A stretch of 64,000 bases of DNA, taken from positions 124,001 through 188,000 of the forward strand of contig BCIN01000011.1 of NCBI GenBank assembly GCA_039545335.1, written 5' to 3'. Position numbers and translations under genes: made by a program. Shown piece after piece: positions 46,292-58,418 of this stretch. Numbering within the stretch: the stretch's first letter is position 1; each line of letters starts with the position of its first letter. This stretch comes from Kondoa subrosea. Its lineage: Eukaryota. The notes beneath the pieces are model-generated. The model worked only from the letters and a program-made list of their open reading frames with translations. It was not told where the DNA came from and did no database searches.

Positions 46292-49200
46292 TCAATTACC
46301 AGTACCGAGCCGACCTTGTTGTCGTTCTGGATCTGCTACTCGTAGAACGCGAATGTCAGGACCGACAGCGACGTTGGCCATAGCATTGGGCGAGACTTTG
46401 AACAGCAATGAGCATATTTTGAGAAAGCAGACAGACAACATACTCAGAATGAATTGGCTAACGGAATGTAATCAGCCTCTCGATCACAAGTAATAACAAA
46501 AGTACATACGTTTCGTTGGTTTGACGTGCACCCTCGATCTGTCAAGAATATGAGCGAAGAGCTCCAACAATTAAGGTGCATCGGCATACAATCATGCCCA
46601 TCTATAACGGAACCGCATTTAGCTAGCTTCAGTAGGAGGCAATCAGCAAGACTCACAGCAACACGTCTGTTTACAGGATCTGAGAAGACAGGAATCAGCC
46701 AAACCGTTGGCAAAATCAGCTCCGAACGAACCCATAAACACATCAAATTCGTCGAGAGCACGGATAGGACAACCAATCGATTCCCAGAGCGTCAACAAGA
46801 GTGAGACAGTCGAGAAACTCTTTTCACCTGTTGACATTCGGATCAGAGAGTACAAACGCAAACAAAAAGCTACATACCACCAGAGAGAGTCTTCGCATCC
46901 TTGAAGGCATCCTTCTTCTGAGTCTGCGTTCCCTGAGTATAAGTGTCTTCGGTTTGTACCTTTCCAACCAGCTTAGCCAAGGGCGAGAAGTGGAAACGAA
47001 TCCACTCACTTTGACGTCTAGACGGCCCTTCTCGTGGTGGAAGGTGAGTTTCCCGCTGTAGCCACGGGTAGAAAGATGCATAAGGAATTGCATACGCGCT
47101 CGCATGCAAATGTATCGACGGAAATGATCCCATTTGTCGGTTCTGACATTGTAAGCGTGCTTCAGTGCCTGCAATGATGATAGTCAGTATACTTCGCTGT
47201 ATGAAAATCATGATCAATCACCTTGAAAAGGCCATTTAATTCACTGATAGCTCCAGCTGCCTTTCCATGAGCTGTACGTTTTCGATCGACTTCGAGATTG
47301 ATCTCATCAATAGACATTCCTTGACGTTTGTTGGTAGCGTCTAGCGCCTTCTTTTTGGCTTGCACATCCGCATTGTAATCTTTGGTCGACTTCTTTGGAT
47401 CCATGGTCAAGCTGTCTCGATCTTCCCAAACCTCTTCAGCTTGCTCGGTCGCCGTCTGGCAGATTGTATATCAGACGATGCAGATATATAATGAAAAGTG
47501 AGACTAAACTGACCTGCAGTGTCTCAGCAATTCCTTCGTAAGCTTCTTTCAATGTTGTAACTTTGAAGTTTTGCTGAGCAAGCTTGTTCTCGTACTGCTT
47601 GACGTTACTTGAACCTTGATTTCGAGCGTCTAAGACTTTGTTTGCAGCAGTCTGGGAGCCTCCAATGTCAGCTTCCAACACTTTGTCTTTGGCCCAAACG
47701 CACTCTTTTCTTTTGGACTTCCCTATCGTGATTGAGTTTTCGTTGTTCCAAAGCGTCTCTCTCTTTCACCAGAGGCTCATTGCGACTGCTGAGTGCATTG
47801 AGGCGTTCTCGATTTGCTTGGAATTGAGTCCTGCTACTGTCGATCGCTGTTTCTTGTTCCTGCGCACTTGAAGTTTAGAAGTAGATCAAACAGCGGTAAA
47901 AGCTATACCTGTAAGCCTTCTTCCATATGAGCGATGTTGACGGGCTCGTTGACAATCATGTTGTCTTCTAGAGCAGCGATAGAATTTGCCAACCTGCGCG
48001 ACTTATCTTCCGCGGTGCGAGCACGAGTCTAGTACCGATATGTAAGCTATCTCCGCACTTAATCAAGCACACTTACAACAGCAGCTCGTCTCTTGGTCTC
48101 TAAATCCGTCAATTCTTGATTCATCTGCTGAACTTGTGCTTGAATTGCTTGGAAGCGCTGGTTAGCCTGTTGCTTGTCTGCTTCATAGCGCCTAAAAGAT
48201 GCGTGAGACTTGCAAAGGCGAAATTGATCTCGAGCACTGACTGGATGACAGAGGCAACGTCTTTTGTCATACGAGGTGTACCCGGCCAAGGTCTGAGAGT
48301 TGTCATTTGACGACCGCCAATACTGTACATTTCGGTTCAGCTAAGACAGCACAGCCATGCGCACTACTCACACCCCACCCAATCTGTAGCCATCATTGGT
48401 GTAACAAGTTTGTACGAATTGAGGTGGATGTGCCATGATGCGATCACCTTCCTGACGCTGAGTTACGAGAATACTAGACTCCGGGCGGATCAAGTTGACA
48501 ACCATAGTTCGCACAAGTTCGTCGGAGAACTACAAAACTGATCATTAGGCTCTGCATGAAACGGCAAGAGCGAAGAACTTGCGGTCAAAACCTTGTAGAT
48601 AGTTACATAATCAGTTCCAGGATCAACACGTTCAAGTTCACGATCCAGAGTAGGGTTGACAGTTGTGCAAAAGACAGGTGTACCTTGCATATTGAATCGT
48701 CGCAGTAAGGCGTACATACGATCCTTATCGCGAGGGTTGGAACAGACATAACCATTGAGCTGAAAGCCAAAGACGCTCTCAAGGGTACTACTCCAACGTT
48801 GATCTTTGAGCGTAATGAAGCGACCTAGAGGTCCAACTGGAGGTGTGCCAGCCCAGCCATTATCGCGTTGAATAGCATCGATTAAAGCCCTGACATTGTT
48901 ACCGTAAGGAGCTAGAGCATCGTTCTGACTTCGACGCGCGGCATTGATGGCCTGATCAGCAGTTCTGAGATCGCTTTCAGCATTGCCAAGATTCTGTTTG
49001 AGTGCTCTAAATTCGTTTGAGCCAGCTTCAGCTTGAGTAGTTAATGCGTCCGCTTCACGCTTAGCATCAAGAATGCTTTGACTGTTTGTAGCATGTTCAT
49101 CTTTCAGATTCTGCAATTCTAAAGCTTGCTGTTGACGAGGTCCAGTGAGATCTTGAGCATTCTTAGCTTGTTCTTCTTCTAGCTGACGTTTGAACTCGGC

Positions 49201-51050
49201 TGCTCTTTGTTCAGCCTCTTTGATCGCAGTCATCATTTCTCGTCCCTCGGCCTGAGAAAGATGAGCTAATGTGACACTCGGACACAGCGAACTTACATGC
49301 AGCTGCTTCAATTCAGTATGATTGTCTTTCAATTTTCGCTTGATGTCGACCAGTTCAGTATCGATGCCTTCAGTACCGTTCTCCTCTGCAGCGACTTCAG
49401 CTTCCAGAGCAGTGAACTGTTCATTGATCGTATCTAGCTCTTTCTGTAAAAACGTGCGCTACGCTTCAGCAAACAGTGTGCGATAGGATCACACGATCCT
49501 ACCTTGTACTTCTCCAGCTGTTCTTCATACTGCGGTACTCTCGCTTCTTCATGACCCAATTTTTCCGCTTGTTCAGCAATCTTGTTCTCAATTTCTACAA
49601 CATAAGACCAAGCCAAACATTTCTTTGCTTCTTCAAGTTTCGCAGCTTGGTTTTGAGCTGCTTCAGCACTTTTCTGTTTGGCTAAAGCATCGGCTAATTC
49701 TTTTTTGAGTTGAGGTATAATCTGTTTCTGTCGATCGGTACTGGCTTTCACTTCTCTTGTCAGATCTCTCAATTGATCGTACTCTTCTGTAAGTTGTTGC
49801 AACATGGTACCGCGTAGGAAGAAAGCGTATTTCTCTTCTGTAAAAGTCAAAACCAGCAACATCAGCAACAGGCAGCTAGCTTCTATGATGAGACTGGACT
49901 AACGCGCAGTTGAGTTTTGAAGAAACTGTCGAGCATTATCTTGAGACAGTACATTGATAGGATTATCGACAGCAATAGAGAAATGATCGGTGATGTTAGT
50001 CAGTTCTTCTCTTTTCGTGTAAAGTACTTTGCCTTCGTTGTTGGCGATCTTGTACGCTCCACCACCTTCGCGAGCAATAGTCCGAGTGATGAGAATGGAG
50101 TCGCCGAATTCTTCTGGTTTGTAAGCATCTGGACCTTTGTTGGCGAGTCGAACAGTGATAGTCGCTTTACTGTAAGGGAGATTAAGTGTTGCTTCGCAAT
50201 TGCATGACAAAAGACCCACGAGACTCCTGGCTCATTGCGCACAAAGTCTTTGATTCCAGTTCCACGACCCTAAGATAGATCTCAGAGCTATGTCTTGATA
50301 TACAGGTTTAACTTACTGTGCTGTTCGCTTTCCCACCGAGACAAACAGAGAGAGCGCTCAGAAAGGCGGACTTTCCACCTAAGCAGAAACAGGTCAGTCT
50401 GGATGCTTCTGTCAACAGTACGCTACTTACTTCCGTTGTTCCCGACAACGAACTATGGATTCTGATCAGCGTTCCTGCTCCGTGTCTCCTGGGACTAAAC
50501 ATACATTGATTCGATTACCAAGATTCAACGTCATCTTCTTGTGACACATAAAGTCAGTCACTCTATGATGAAGCGTTCGCATCAGTACTTTGACGAATAG
50601 TACAATCACCAAACATACTCAATGGATTTGATCACAGCTGCCTGAGCCGCAACACCGCGTTTGACATGACCATGATTAGCAGCCATAGCGCGAGCTTTTT
50701 CTTGCAAAGCTTCTTCATCAGATCCATCGTCGTCGTCATCATCGTCTGTTGATTTGCAAAAGCTTAGCGTAATTCACAGTCGTGACTTCCACGAGTCGAA
50801 CACTGACCCTCTAATGCAGCTTCACGATGTATAGCTGGGTCTTCTTCATCCTCGTCCATTGCGTTGTTGGCTTCTGAAGTCTCTTGATTCCTTTGACTTT
50901 CTGTTCGAGCGCGTTTCTTTCGAGAGCAAATTTCAAAACATCAGGGTCGGAATTTTAGATTGACCAGCTGCCTAGGCCTACAGAGGAATGAGAACTCCTG
51001 TATTGATCATCATCATCGCTTCCAGAGGCTGCTGCAGCGCGTTTAGCCAT
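46292..51050 (-). CDS. SMC6: Structural maintenance of chromosomes protein 6, intact copy B
   Basis: [48 protein letters not shown], hinge [44 protein letters not shown]. No frameshift or stop was found in the exons I checked. Confidence 0.95.
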
Positions 51051-51175
51051 TGTTGATAGTCAGCGTTCTGGAGCAAATTACTTCGATGCATTTTGTCATA
51101 AGGTAGCGATGCAGCGATGCAGACGCGCAGGCAAGAATAACATTAATAGTACTACAAATAGGCTACATACAGAAT

Positions 51176-51181
51176 ACGCGT
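51176..51181. promoter_or_regulatory. MCB-like element (ACGCGT) upstream of SMC6 copy B
   Basis: ACGCGT about 125 nt upstream of the ATG, plus an ACGCG at 51123. MCB boxes drive G1/S genes in yeasts, but the hexamer also occurs elsewhere in the window. Confidence 0.3.
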
Positions 51182-51221
51182 GCAAATTACTTATTATCGT
51201 GATTACATACATTTAGATGAT

Positions 51222-53357
51222 TTAGATCTGTGGTTTGCCAGAAACATGAGCATTGACTTCATCTTCTGTTGAATTGCCAAACAATGCTGGCATGGCTGGC
51301 ATCGATATAGCAGGAAGAGAAGGAAGAGAGATGAAGCCGCTAGACGTTTCTGCTTGTTTCTCTCCACTTCCACTTGCTGCTGGTGCCCAAAGATTAGATA
51401 CAAGCTGGGTTGCTGCTTGTTGAAGAAGAGCAGCTTCATCGGTGACGGCTTTGCTCAGAGATTCGGTAACTGTAGCTGGCGCGGCTTGGGCGGATGCAGG
51501 CTGATTAGCTTCCTGTACATCCTGTTTCTCTTCTGGTACTGCGACTGTTTCTTCGTCCTTTACAGCCATCTCTTTCTCTTCCGGCGTTTCCTTCACTGCA
51601 ACGCTCTCAGTCACTTCTTTCTTCTCAGCCTCCGAAGCCAAAGCAGCATCCGCGACCGGTCGATTTGAATCCAAAGCTTGCTGTTCTTTCAGCGAATCTG
51701 CGGCTCCACCTTTCGTATCCGCAGGCTGAACCACACCATTCTGAACCTCTTGAGTGCTGACTGCTTTTTGAACAGCTCGATCTTTTTCATCCAATCCGTT
51801 CGGACCGAAACATCCTAGCAACCCACGACGTTTCTTTTCTTTCTTCGCTGCTGTAGATCCTTTGGCGCTAGAAGCGAAAGTAACTTGAGTTTTCTTTTTC
51901 TGTGAAGTATGAGATCGATTGCTTTTCGTACTTCCAGTTCTTTTTACTGCAGCGACTGCTGCATTTGGTTTCTTCTCGGCTGGTTTAGCTTCTTCATCCG
52001 GACTTGAATCAACAGCTGTAGTAGATCCAGATTCGGCTTCATCGTTTCCAGATCCATCTTTATCGTTTCCCTTGACTGAACCATCACCTTCTTCTTTATG
52101 CAAAATCTTGGAAGCTTGTGACATTGTCGTATTCATCGGCGGACGACTTTCAACTCGACTTCCGTCATCATTGATTCCGCAAAACTTGCATATAGCTGGA
52201 AGGTAGACTTGGTAATCATATTTAAAGCGATATCTGACATATCGAATTAGAATCGTTTAGTCTGAAGGTGGAGAAGGGACTCACTCTCCCCCAAATTCTG
52301 CATCAAGTTGCTCAGATGGGATCATTTTCGTTAGATCTGGATTCATTTGTAGCTTGTTTTTGGTAGCAGGGTCTAAAAAGGGGGAAATTGTCGAGAAGAT
52401 GCCTTTGAGATACCAAGGGCAGTTCACGACAACACTGAATTAATAATCAGCATGAAAAGATCTGCTTCGGCCTTTTGCTTACGCTTGCCTATGATTCAGC
52501 GTTAGTAAGGGAAGCAATTGTGATGGAAAGAAGTAACACACCCTAGTCGTTCAGCATAATGGTTCTGTAATATATCAATAACCGTCTTGGCTGTCTTGAT
52601 GGAAGGGTTGCTTTTTGATGTAGCGCCAGCGTAATCGATAATAAGAAGAAGTTTCGAAACATGAGGTGGTAAGAGTTCGCAGGCTCGTTCAAGCTGGAAG
52701 ATCATATGTCGAACTGCACGACATCAGCTCGAAAATACTGTTAACCGAGCCGGCTTACTTTGCGTTGGTGAGGGATCTGTTGTCTCTCTCGCTATTCGCA
52801 CAAGAAGCGTAAATATTAGCAAGTATACTGAATAGACCATTTTCGACCTACCTGGCCGTAGATACATAACAGGTCTGCCCTTGTTATCGAAGCCGCTGAC
52901 CACAATCTTTCCCTATAACTCAAAATCAGCCTGAATCTCTGCCAGAAGACAATCGACTAACTCCTTCAGTTTCTTCTCTGATCTCATTCGGCGGGATCAA
53001 ATCAGGTTTATATTCCCTTCTCCATTCCAAAGTCGCTTGCACTCTTTTCTTCGCATCGGCATCTTTATAGTTTACCGCTTTCAAAAATCGAGCCATACAA
53101 TTTTCCGTCTCAATGTACTTCATTTCTTGAGCAGCATAAGGATCAGATTCAGGTAAAGCGAGATTCTCTTTAGTCCATTGAAGCAGTTGCTTGCATTTCT
53201 GTTCTTGTTCAGGTGTGAGTTTGGGATCAACCTCTGGTTTAATAGTTGGTAACGGTCTCCAGACACCTATAGAGGATTCTTCCTTTGGTGGAAAAGCTGA
53301 TCCTTTTGCAGCCTTGAAGTAGGCATTCCGCTTCGCTGCTGGAACTTTCAGACTCAT
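51222..53357 (-). CDS. CRAL-TRIO/Sec14-family lipid-transfer protein (Pdr16/Pdr17-like) with a long acidic, disordered C-terminal tail
   Basis: CMARFLKAVNY...RVQATLEWRREYKP, GFDNKGRPVMYLRP, LLIIDY, ILQNHYAERLGQAVVVNCPW, PFLDPATKNKL, QLDAEFGG; continues in frame into ORF 51222-52136. Confidence 0.9.
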
Positions 53358-54520
53358 ATTGTTAGGCAAGTATTGGTAGACAGTAAGTTTTGAGTGGATT
53401 CAGCGCTTGTTGCTGGTTTCTTGCTGTGTTCGAGGTGTAAGAAGGGAAGCTCGGGTTTCGAAAACACAAGATTCAGAAAATGGAAGAAACTAAATCAAAG
53501 CGAGGCCAGAGGGAGAGCGAGCGATAGAACGATTACGGACTTCGCGGATCAGCAGCTGACTGCGGGAAGCTGAACAAGCGAAGTGACTGTTTACGGTTAA
53601 ACAAAAGCGCTTTTCGAATGACGATGCGACCGAAAATCGCATTTTAGAACCGAAGACTATCGAAGAGGCTTGCAGGAGGTTGCCGATGCCAGTGCGACAA
53701 CGGAGGATGCCTTAGAACCACATACATGCTCACGAGAAGCGAATACAGCAGCCCTTTATCTGCATAAGGCTGCACAGCGCGTTAATCCTCGAAGTCCTTC
53801 GATATACCCATTGTGCTCCATCTTCGCCCGCCCTGTTTGATCTCTATCTTGCGTAACACATACAACCCTGCTTTACTGTAGCCAAACCGTTCACTGCTAT
53901 TCTTCGCTGTTCAGATTGCTGCTTGAGATTTATTTCTTCTGCTGATAATATGGATCTGGTAATCGTCCCGAGAAAAACCAAGAGAATTCGTCTCTATTCC
54001 GCTGTCAGTTGAATGCCATTTCTTCAGTTGCCGTCCTTGCATCTAACTTTTTGTACCAAGGTGTCGTGGTCTTGTTTGTCTCCCTACCCGATAACATTGT
54101 TCAGCGAGAGGACTGACAGATAATAAGCTAGTGTCTGCGTGTGACAGAAGAAGACGGAGCAAAAAGAAGCAAGAATGACAGCATCACGCCGTCATCATAA
54201 CGGCCTACAAGCACATCCAGAGTAGAGCGACACAGAACAAAAGCAGAACGTGTCTTAGCAGCGATCTAAGCATGGACACTGTGCTGAGAAGACAATCTTG
54301 AAGATCAAACAATCCAGCAAAGAGTAAAACATCGAATGGAGTGTGCCGACGGTTATAGGACATGGACCAGACGCCCTGATTGAGGGTAAAGATGCCATCA
54401 AACGGTGAATGTAGATGCTAGCAAATTCTGTGTGTGATTTGCAATGCAAAGTTTGCGTATTCCTGTCTTTCCAGGATGCCAAAACTGGAGGTTTTACACT
54501 GAACGAGAAGCCAACCCAAT

Positions 54521-55060
54521 CTACTTCTTGGCAGTCTTTGCTGCAGACTCCTTTTGTGTCTTCATGACCTTCTTGACAATCTTGGCCTCTTCAACAAGGA
54601 AAGCGCGAACGATCCTGTAACGTAATCAGCACCACATGAGCTCTAATCTAGCTGAATGTAATGGCCATAGTCACCTGTCCCTGACACAGTTTGAGCATCT
54701 TGATCCTCCGTAAGCCCTTTCAACAGTTTTCTGCCTTTTTGAAATGGTTGCGTATTGCTTTGGTCGAAGAGCTGGAATCTATTTAGCAATGTATCTCAGC
54801 TTCCAGTATTGCCATCTATCCAAGTAAACGTACGCCTGGAAGAGCAATACCGCAGTCACCACATTTTGGTGCAGCAGCAGGCTTCTTGACTCGCAGGTAG
54901 ACGAGCTTTCCTCCTGTTCACAGACGCACACAATCCTAATGAGCCTGTTTCACCACAACTCTATCCCTGAAGATGCCGCACCAGGTGTCTTTACGATTTT
55001 CCTTCGGTTTGAAGCAGTGTTGTAACTCTTGCGAGTCCTCAATTGTAATCTTTGGACCAT
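54521..55060 (-). CDS. RPL34: 60S ribosomal protein L34 (eL34)
   Basis: [66 protein letters not shown]. Confidence 0.97.
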
Positions 55061-55538
55061 CTCTGTTTCGTTTGCTGATCAGCTTCTGTATTGGGGTATT
55101 CTCAGCTGCCTCACTGAAAGGGGATGGAGGTTCTTAGTCTTCCCTTCTCTCTGAAGAAAATGATCGGATGAGCCGTCCGGTCCGACCAACCCCTTGCGAA
55201 CCTCTCAAAGAGTCTCAAAAGAGAAGGCTGTCGAGCTGAAGGAGAGACTGTCCTTGCCTTCCGTAGACTGGCTGTACAACTTCTTCAAGCTTTTTCAAAG
55301 AGTTCAAAAGATCGCTGCATTGCATGGATTCTTTGCTTATCATCTCTCTCTATCTTCCCGAGCTCGTTCTTTGCCCCATCAATCAGACATTGCTCTTGCT
55401 TTCATCCTTTCGTCCTGGTTTCTTGCTGCGTCATGAGAATTCTTTTTAGTCTTGCTTATGAGTCGTGCCGTTTCAATATGAGGCGTTTCTCTGTGTACGA
55501 GATTGCTTCTTTTTGGCTCTTTACTACAATCATCCACT

Positions 55539-57014
55539 ATGTCTGCTGCTTGTGCTGTCTGTCGCTTGCCTCTGTTGTCCCAAGAAGAACAAAATCTAAT
55601 AGCTGAACGCGGCTGGGTATCAAAAGATGCCTCTAGCTGGCTCACCTCCTTCTCCGCTGTCGTACGCTGTCCATCCTCTTGTCCTTGTAGCACTACTGAG
55701 TGACCTGAGGCAGGCACCCATTCATCCGGGTCTGATTATACCGTATACCCAGACTGGCGGGATGTTCATGAGCAAGAATGCAAAGGTAGACGGCCGCAGC
55801 ACACGTAGTGTTACTAATACTGATGTCTCATTCTCAGATACTTACCATGACATCGCTAGAAGAAGATGGGCAATCTATGTTCATCAGTCATGATGCCTGT
55901 CGATTTAGTCAGTAAGACTCTTGCTCTTTAAACACCTTGCTGAGCGTTACTGTCAGTTATGCAACAAGTTCTAGAAATGACTAAAGAAAACTTCATGCTC
56001 AGAACTGCTGAAGTTCCGTATTTCATGGATTTGGGTCGTAACGCAAAGGTGCATCTCATCTAGACTGGCTGGAGAGGTCTGACTCAGACGGAATGTATAG
56101 ATGGCAAACGTTTCTTACACCTACAAACGTTTTGATCCGGATGCATTCTGGACTCTTTTGCCTATTGGTGAGATGCAAAGCGCTTCTTTGGATTGGCGTT
56201 GCTTGCCTATGGCTCCTTATGCTTTTCAGCGTCCTGATCAGTGAGTATTCACACGTACAGTCGTTGGGCAGCCTATGATTTGTATAACTAGATTGCCACT
56301 TTTCAATGCAAAACCCTTGTCGGAAATCGAAGTCAAGCACCGACTTCAGAACAGTCAACCTCAACAAGGTTATGTTACCAAGTTCTTCCAATCGCCGGCT
56401 TCTTTCCTCTCTGTTTTGCAACACTTGGGTTCTGCTTCAGAACGTAGCATTGTCAACTTTGGTTCGACTTGCAAATTAGCTCGACTAGCTTTACGTACTT
56501 CTGGACAACCCATCTTCAAAGAGATCTTTATCAAAAAATTTAGGTGAGCCTAGTTTTCACAGCTCCGCATTTTTGCTGTAAACTCATGCACGAATAGCTA
56601 TGCCGGTTTTCGCCCTATCACAGCTGATAAGTCTTACGGAGGCGCTTTATTGACGGAGAAACGTACTGGTCGTAAGTTCAAGTGGCCTCTTCACATCCCA
56701 CTGCCAACTCAGTCGTGTGATTAGGTTGGATGGAGTATTGTTCCGCTTTAGCTGCTCAACCTGGTTTACAATCTCGTCAACGTATTGTAGTCATCTGCCA
56801 CCGTATCAAACTAAACTTACAAGCGAGATTGAAAGAGCTTAGAGAAAAAGATGGTGAAAAGGTGTTTAATGAAAATCAAGATATGCTCAAAGACATGGTT
56901 GACAAGTCAGCTTTTTTTCAAGACATCAGTACGAGGATGGACCGAGGTGAAAATGTAACAGGGGATTTGGAAGCAATGATGGCTGATTTGGCTAGTGACG
57001 TGAACATGCGCTAG
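55539..57014 (+). CDS. Hypothetical protein, possibly a divergent fungal F-box-like protein
   Basis: Exons join in frame. N-terminal CAVCRLP; QRPD followed by an F-box-like segment (FLSVLQHL...IVNFGSTCK); C-terminal GWMEY...GLQSRQRI. Confidence 0.55.
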
Positions 57015-57286
57015 TAGAAGTTTCCGGTGCAATTTCACCAGAGCGGTAGTGGAACGTCAGCAAAGCTGCAGCATGGTACTTCAGACGCTTGTATACGTGC
57101 CGCACAAGTAGACAGAATGCAGCCAAAAGAGCAACACGGTCACAAATGGAAGAACAGAATGAAATCTCCGCGACGCAGAAGCATTGACACTGCGATCGTA
57201 GACTCCGATTAAGTGCGCATCAAATGGTGAAATGGTGATCGCAAGACTTTCACAATGTATTTTCGTACTCTGATCATTGTGGTTGA

Positions 57287-58418
57287 TCAAAACATTCCTC
57301 CGCCAGGTGGCATGCCGCCCATTCCTTGATCCATACCACTGTGTCAAAAGCTCAGCGAGGAAAAGAAGAAAAGGAATCGGCCAACTCACCCCATTCCTTG
57401 GTCCATTCCCATTCCACCCTGCATCATGCCCCCGCCTTGTCCTCCGGCGCCGTGACTTGGATAATTCATTGCCGTGAATATCTGACGATATCAGTCATTA
57501 AGACTTTGCGAGAAAAAACTTGGATATACCTCTAATGGAAAATGGTCAGACTCGATGAGAGTCGGGCAAAAAGCGAAGGAGCAAACCTATTACGCATCCA
57601 AGAAGTACCAGTACCACATACGATAGGACCATCCACTTTGTAGTGCTGCTCCAGCCGCCGAAGGCTCTTGAGAAACAACTTTCAGTCATATGATTAAAGG
57701 AACAGTCTTCTATCTACCCTGCGACAAACATGAGTTTCAGCATAATAGTATCACAAGTAGATCGCAATTTACCTAGTGTCCAAAGATTGAGCGCAAGCAG
57801 TATGATGACCATAATTCCACTGGCTATGAAAGGCGCAATTGCCAACCCAGGTCCAGAGCCAACAGCTTGATATTGTCCTTTGCCACCAGCGCATATACTT
57901 GCCAATGCTTTGCGACGTTCCGCAAAAGCTAATATACAAGCGGAAAAGACGAAAAGTGCGGTAAGTCCATGTAGAGTGAACCAGATCTCGGGCTTGTCGA
58001 AGGAGCCCTGGATGTTCCAGACTATAGAAGAATGAGCTGAACGTTTACGGTAGATTGAGGTGAATCACTCGGCACCGGCCTGAAAGCAGCAGAATGGAAA
58101 AGGTTAGCTATAGCTATCGGCTAGTGATCGAGCTTCACTTGATCACGGCCTCTAGCATCATAACATCAGTATGTCAAAGATCCGACGCAAGGCATGCTTA
58201 CTCGGTCCCGAAAAGGTTCTGATAAACTCAGGATGAGCTAGCTGCAGCTTCAGAATCAGAACAAGACATACAGGGCGCATCCAAGTCCTAACGCAGCGCA
58301 AGAACCCCCAAAAAGGATCTATTGCTTGGCTCGGACAAGATTTGATCGCGATGCTAAGGAAACTTACCGCTGATAGCAGATGAGCTTTCGCTCCAGGTAG
58401 TTCCATTGATGCTTGCAT
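57287..58418 (-). CDS. Hypothetical multi-pass membrane protein with a Gly/Met/Pro-rich C-terminus
   Basis: Several hydrophobic exons (IWFTLHGLTALFVFSACILAF; IAPFIASGIMVIILLALNLW; WMVLSYVVLVLLGCVI) and a tail ending GMGGMPPGGGMF*. Exon boundaries are partly uncertain. Confidence 0.6.

Noticed and set aside
53400..54500. Possible gene or ncRNA in the 1.1-kb gap between the CRAL-TRIO gene and RPL34
   Set aside because: No consistent exon chain, tRNA boxes or snRNA motifs found; compatible with promoter and UTR sequence.
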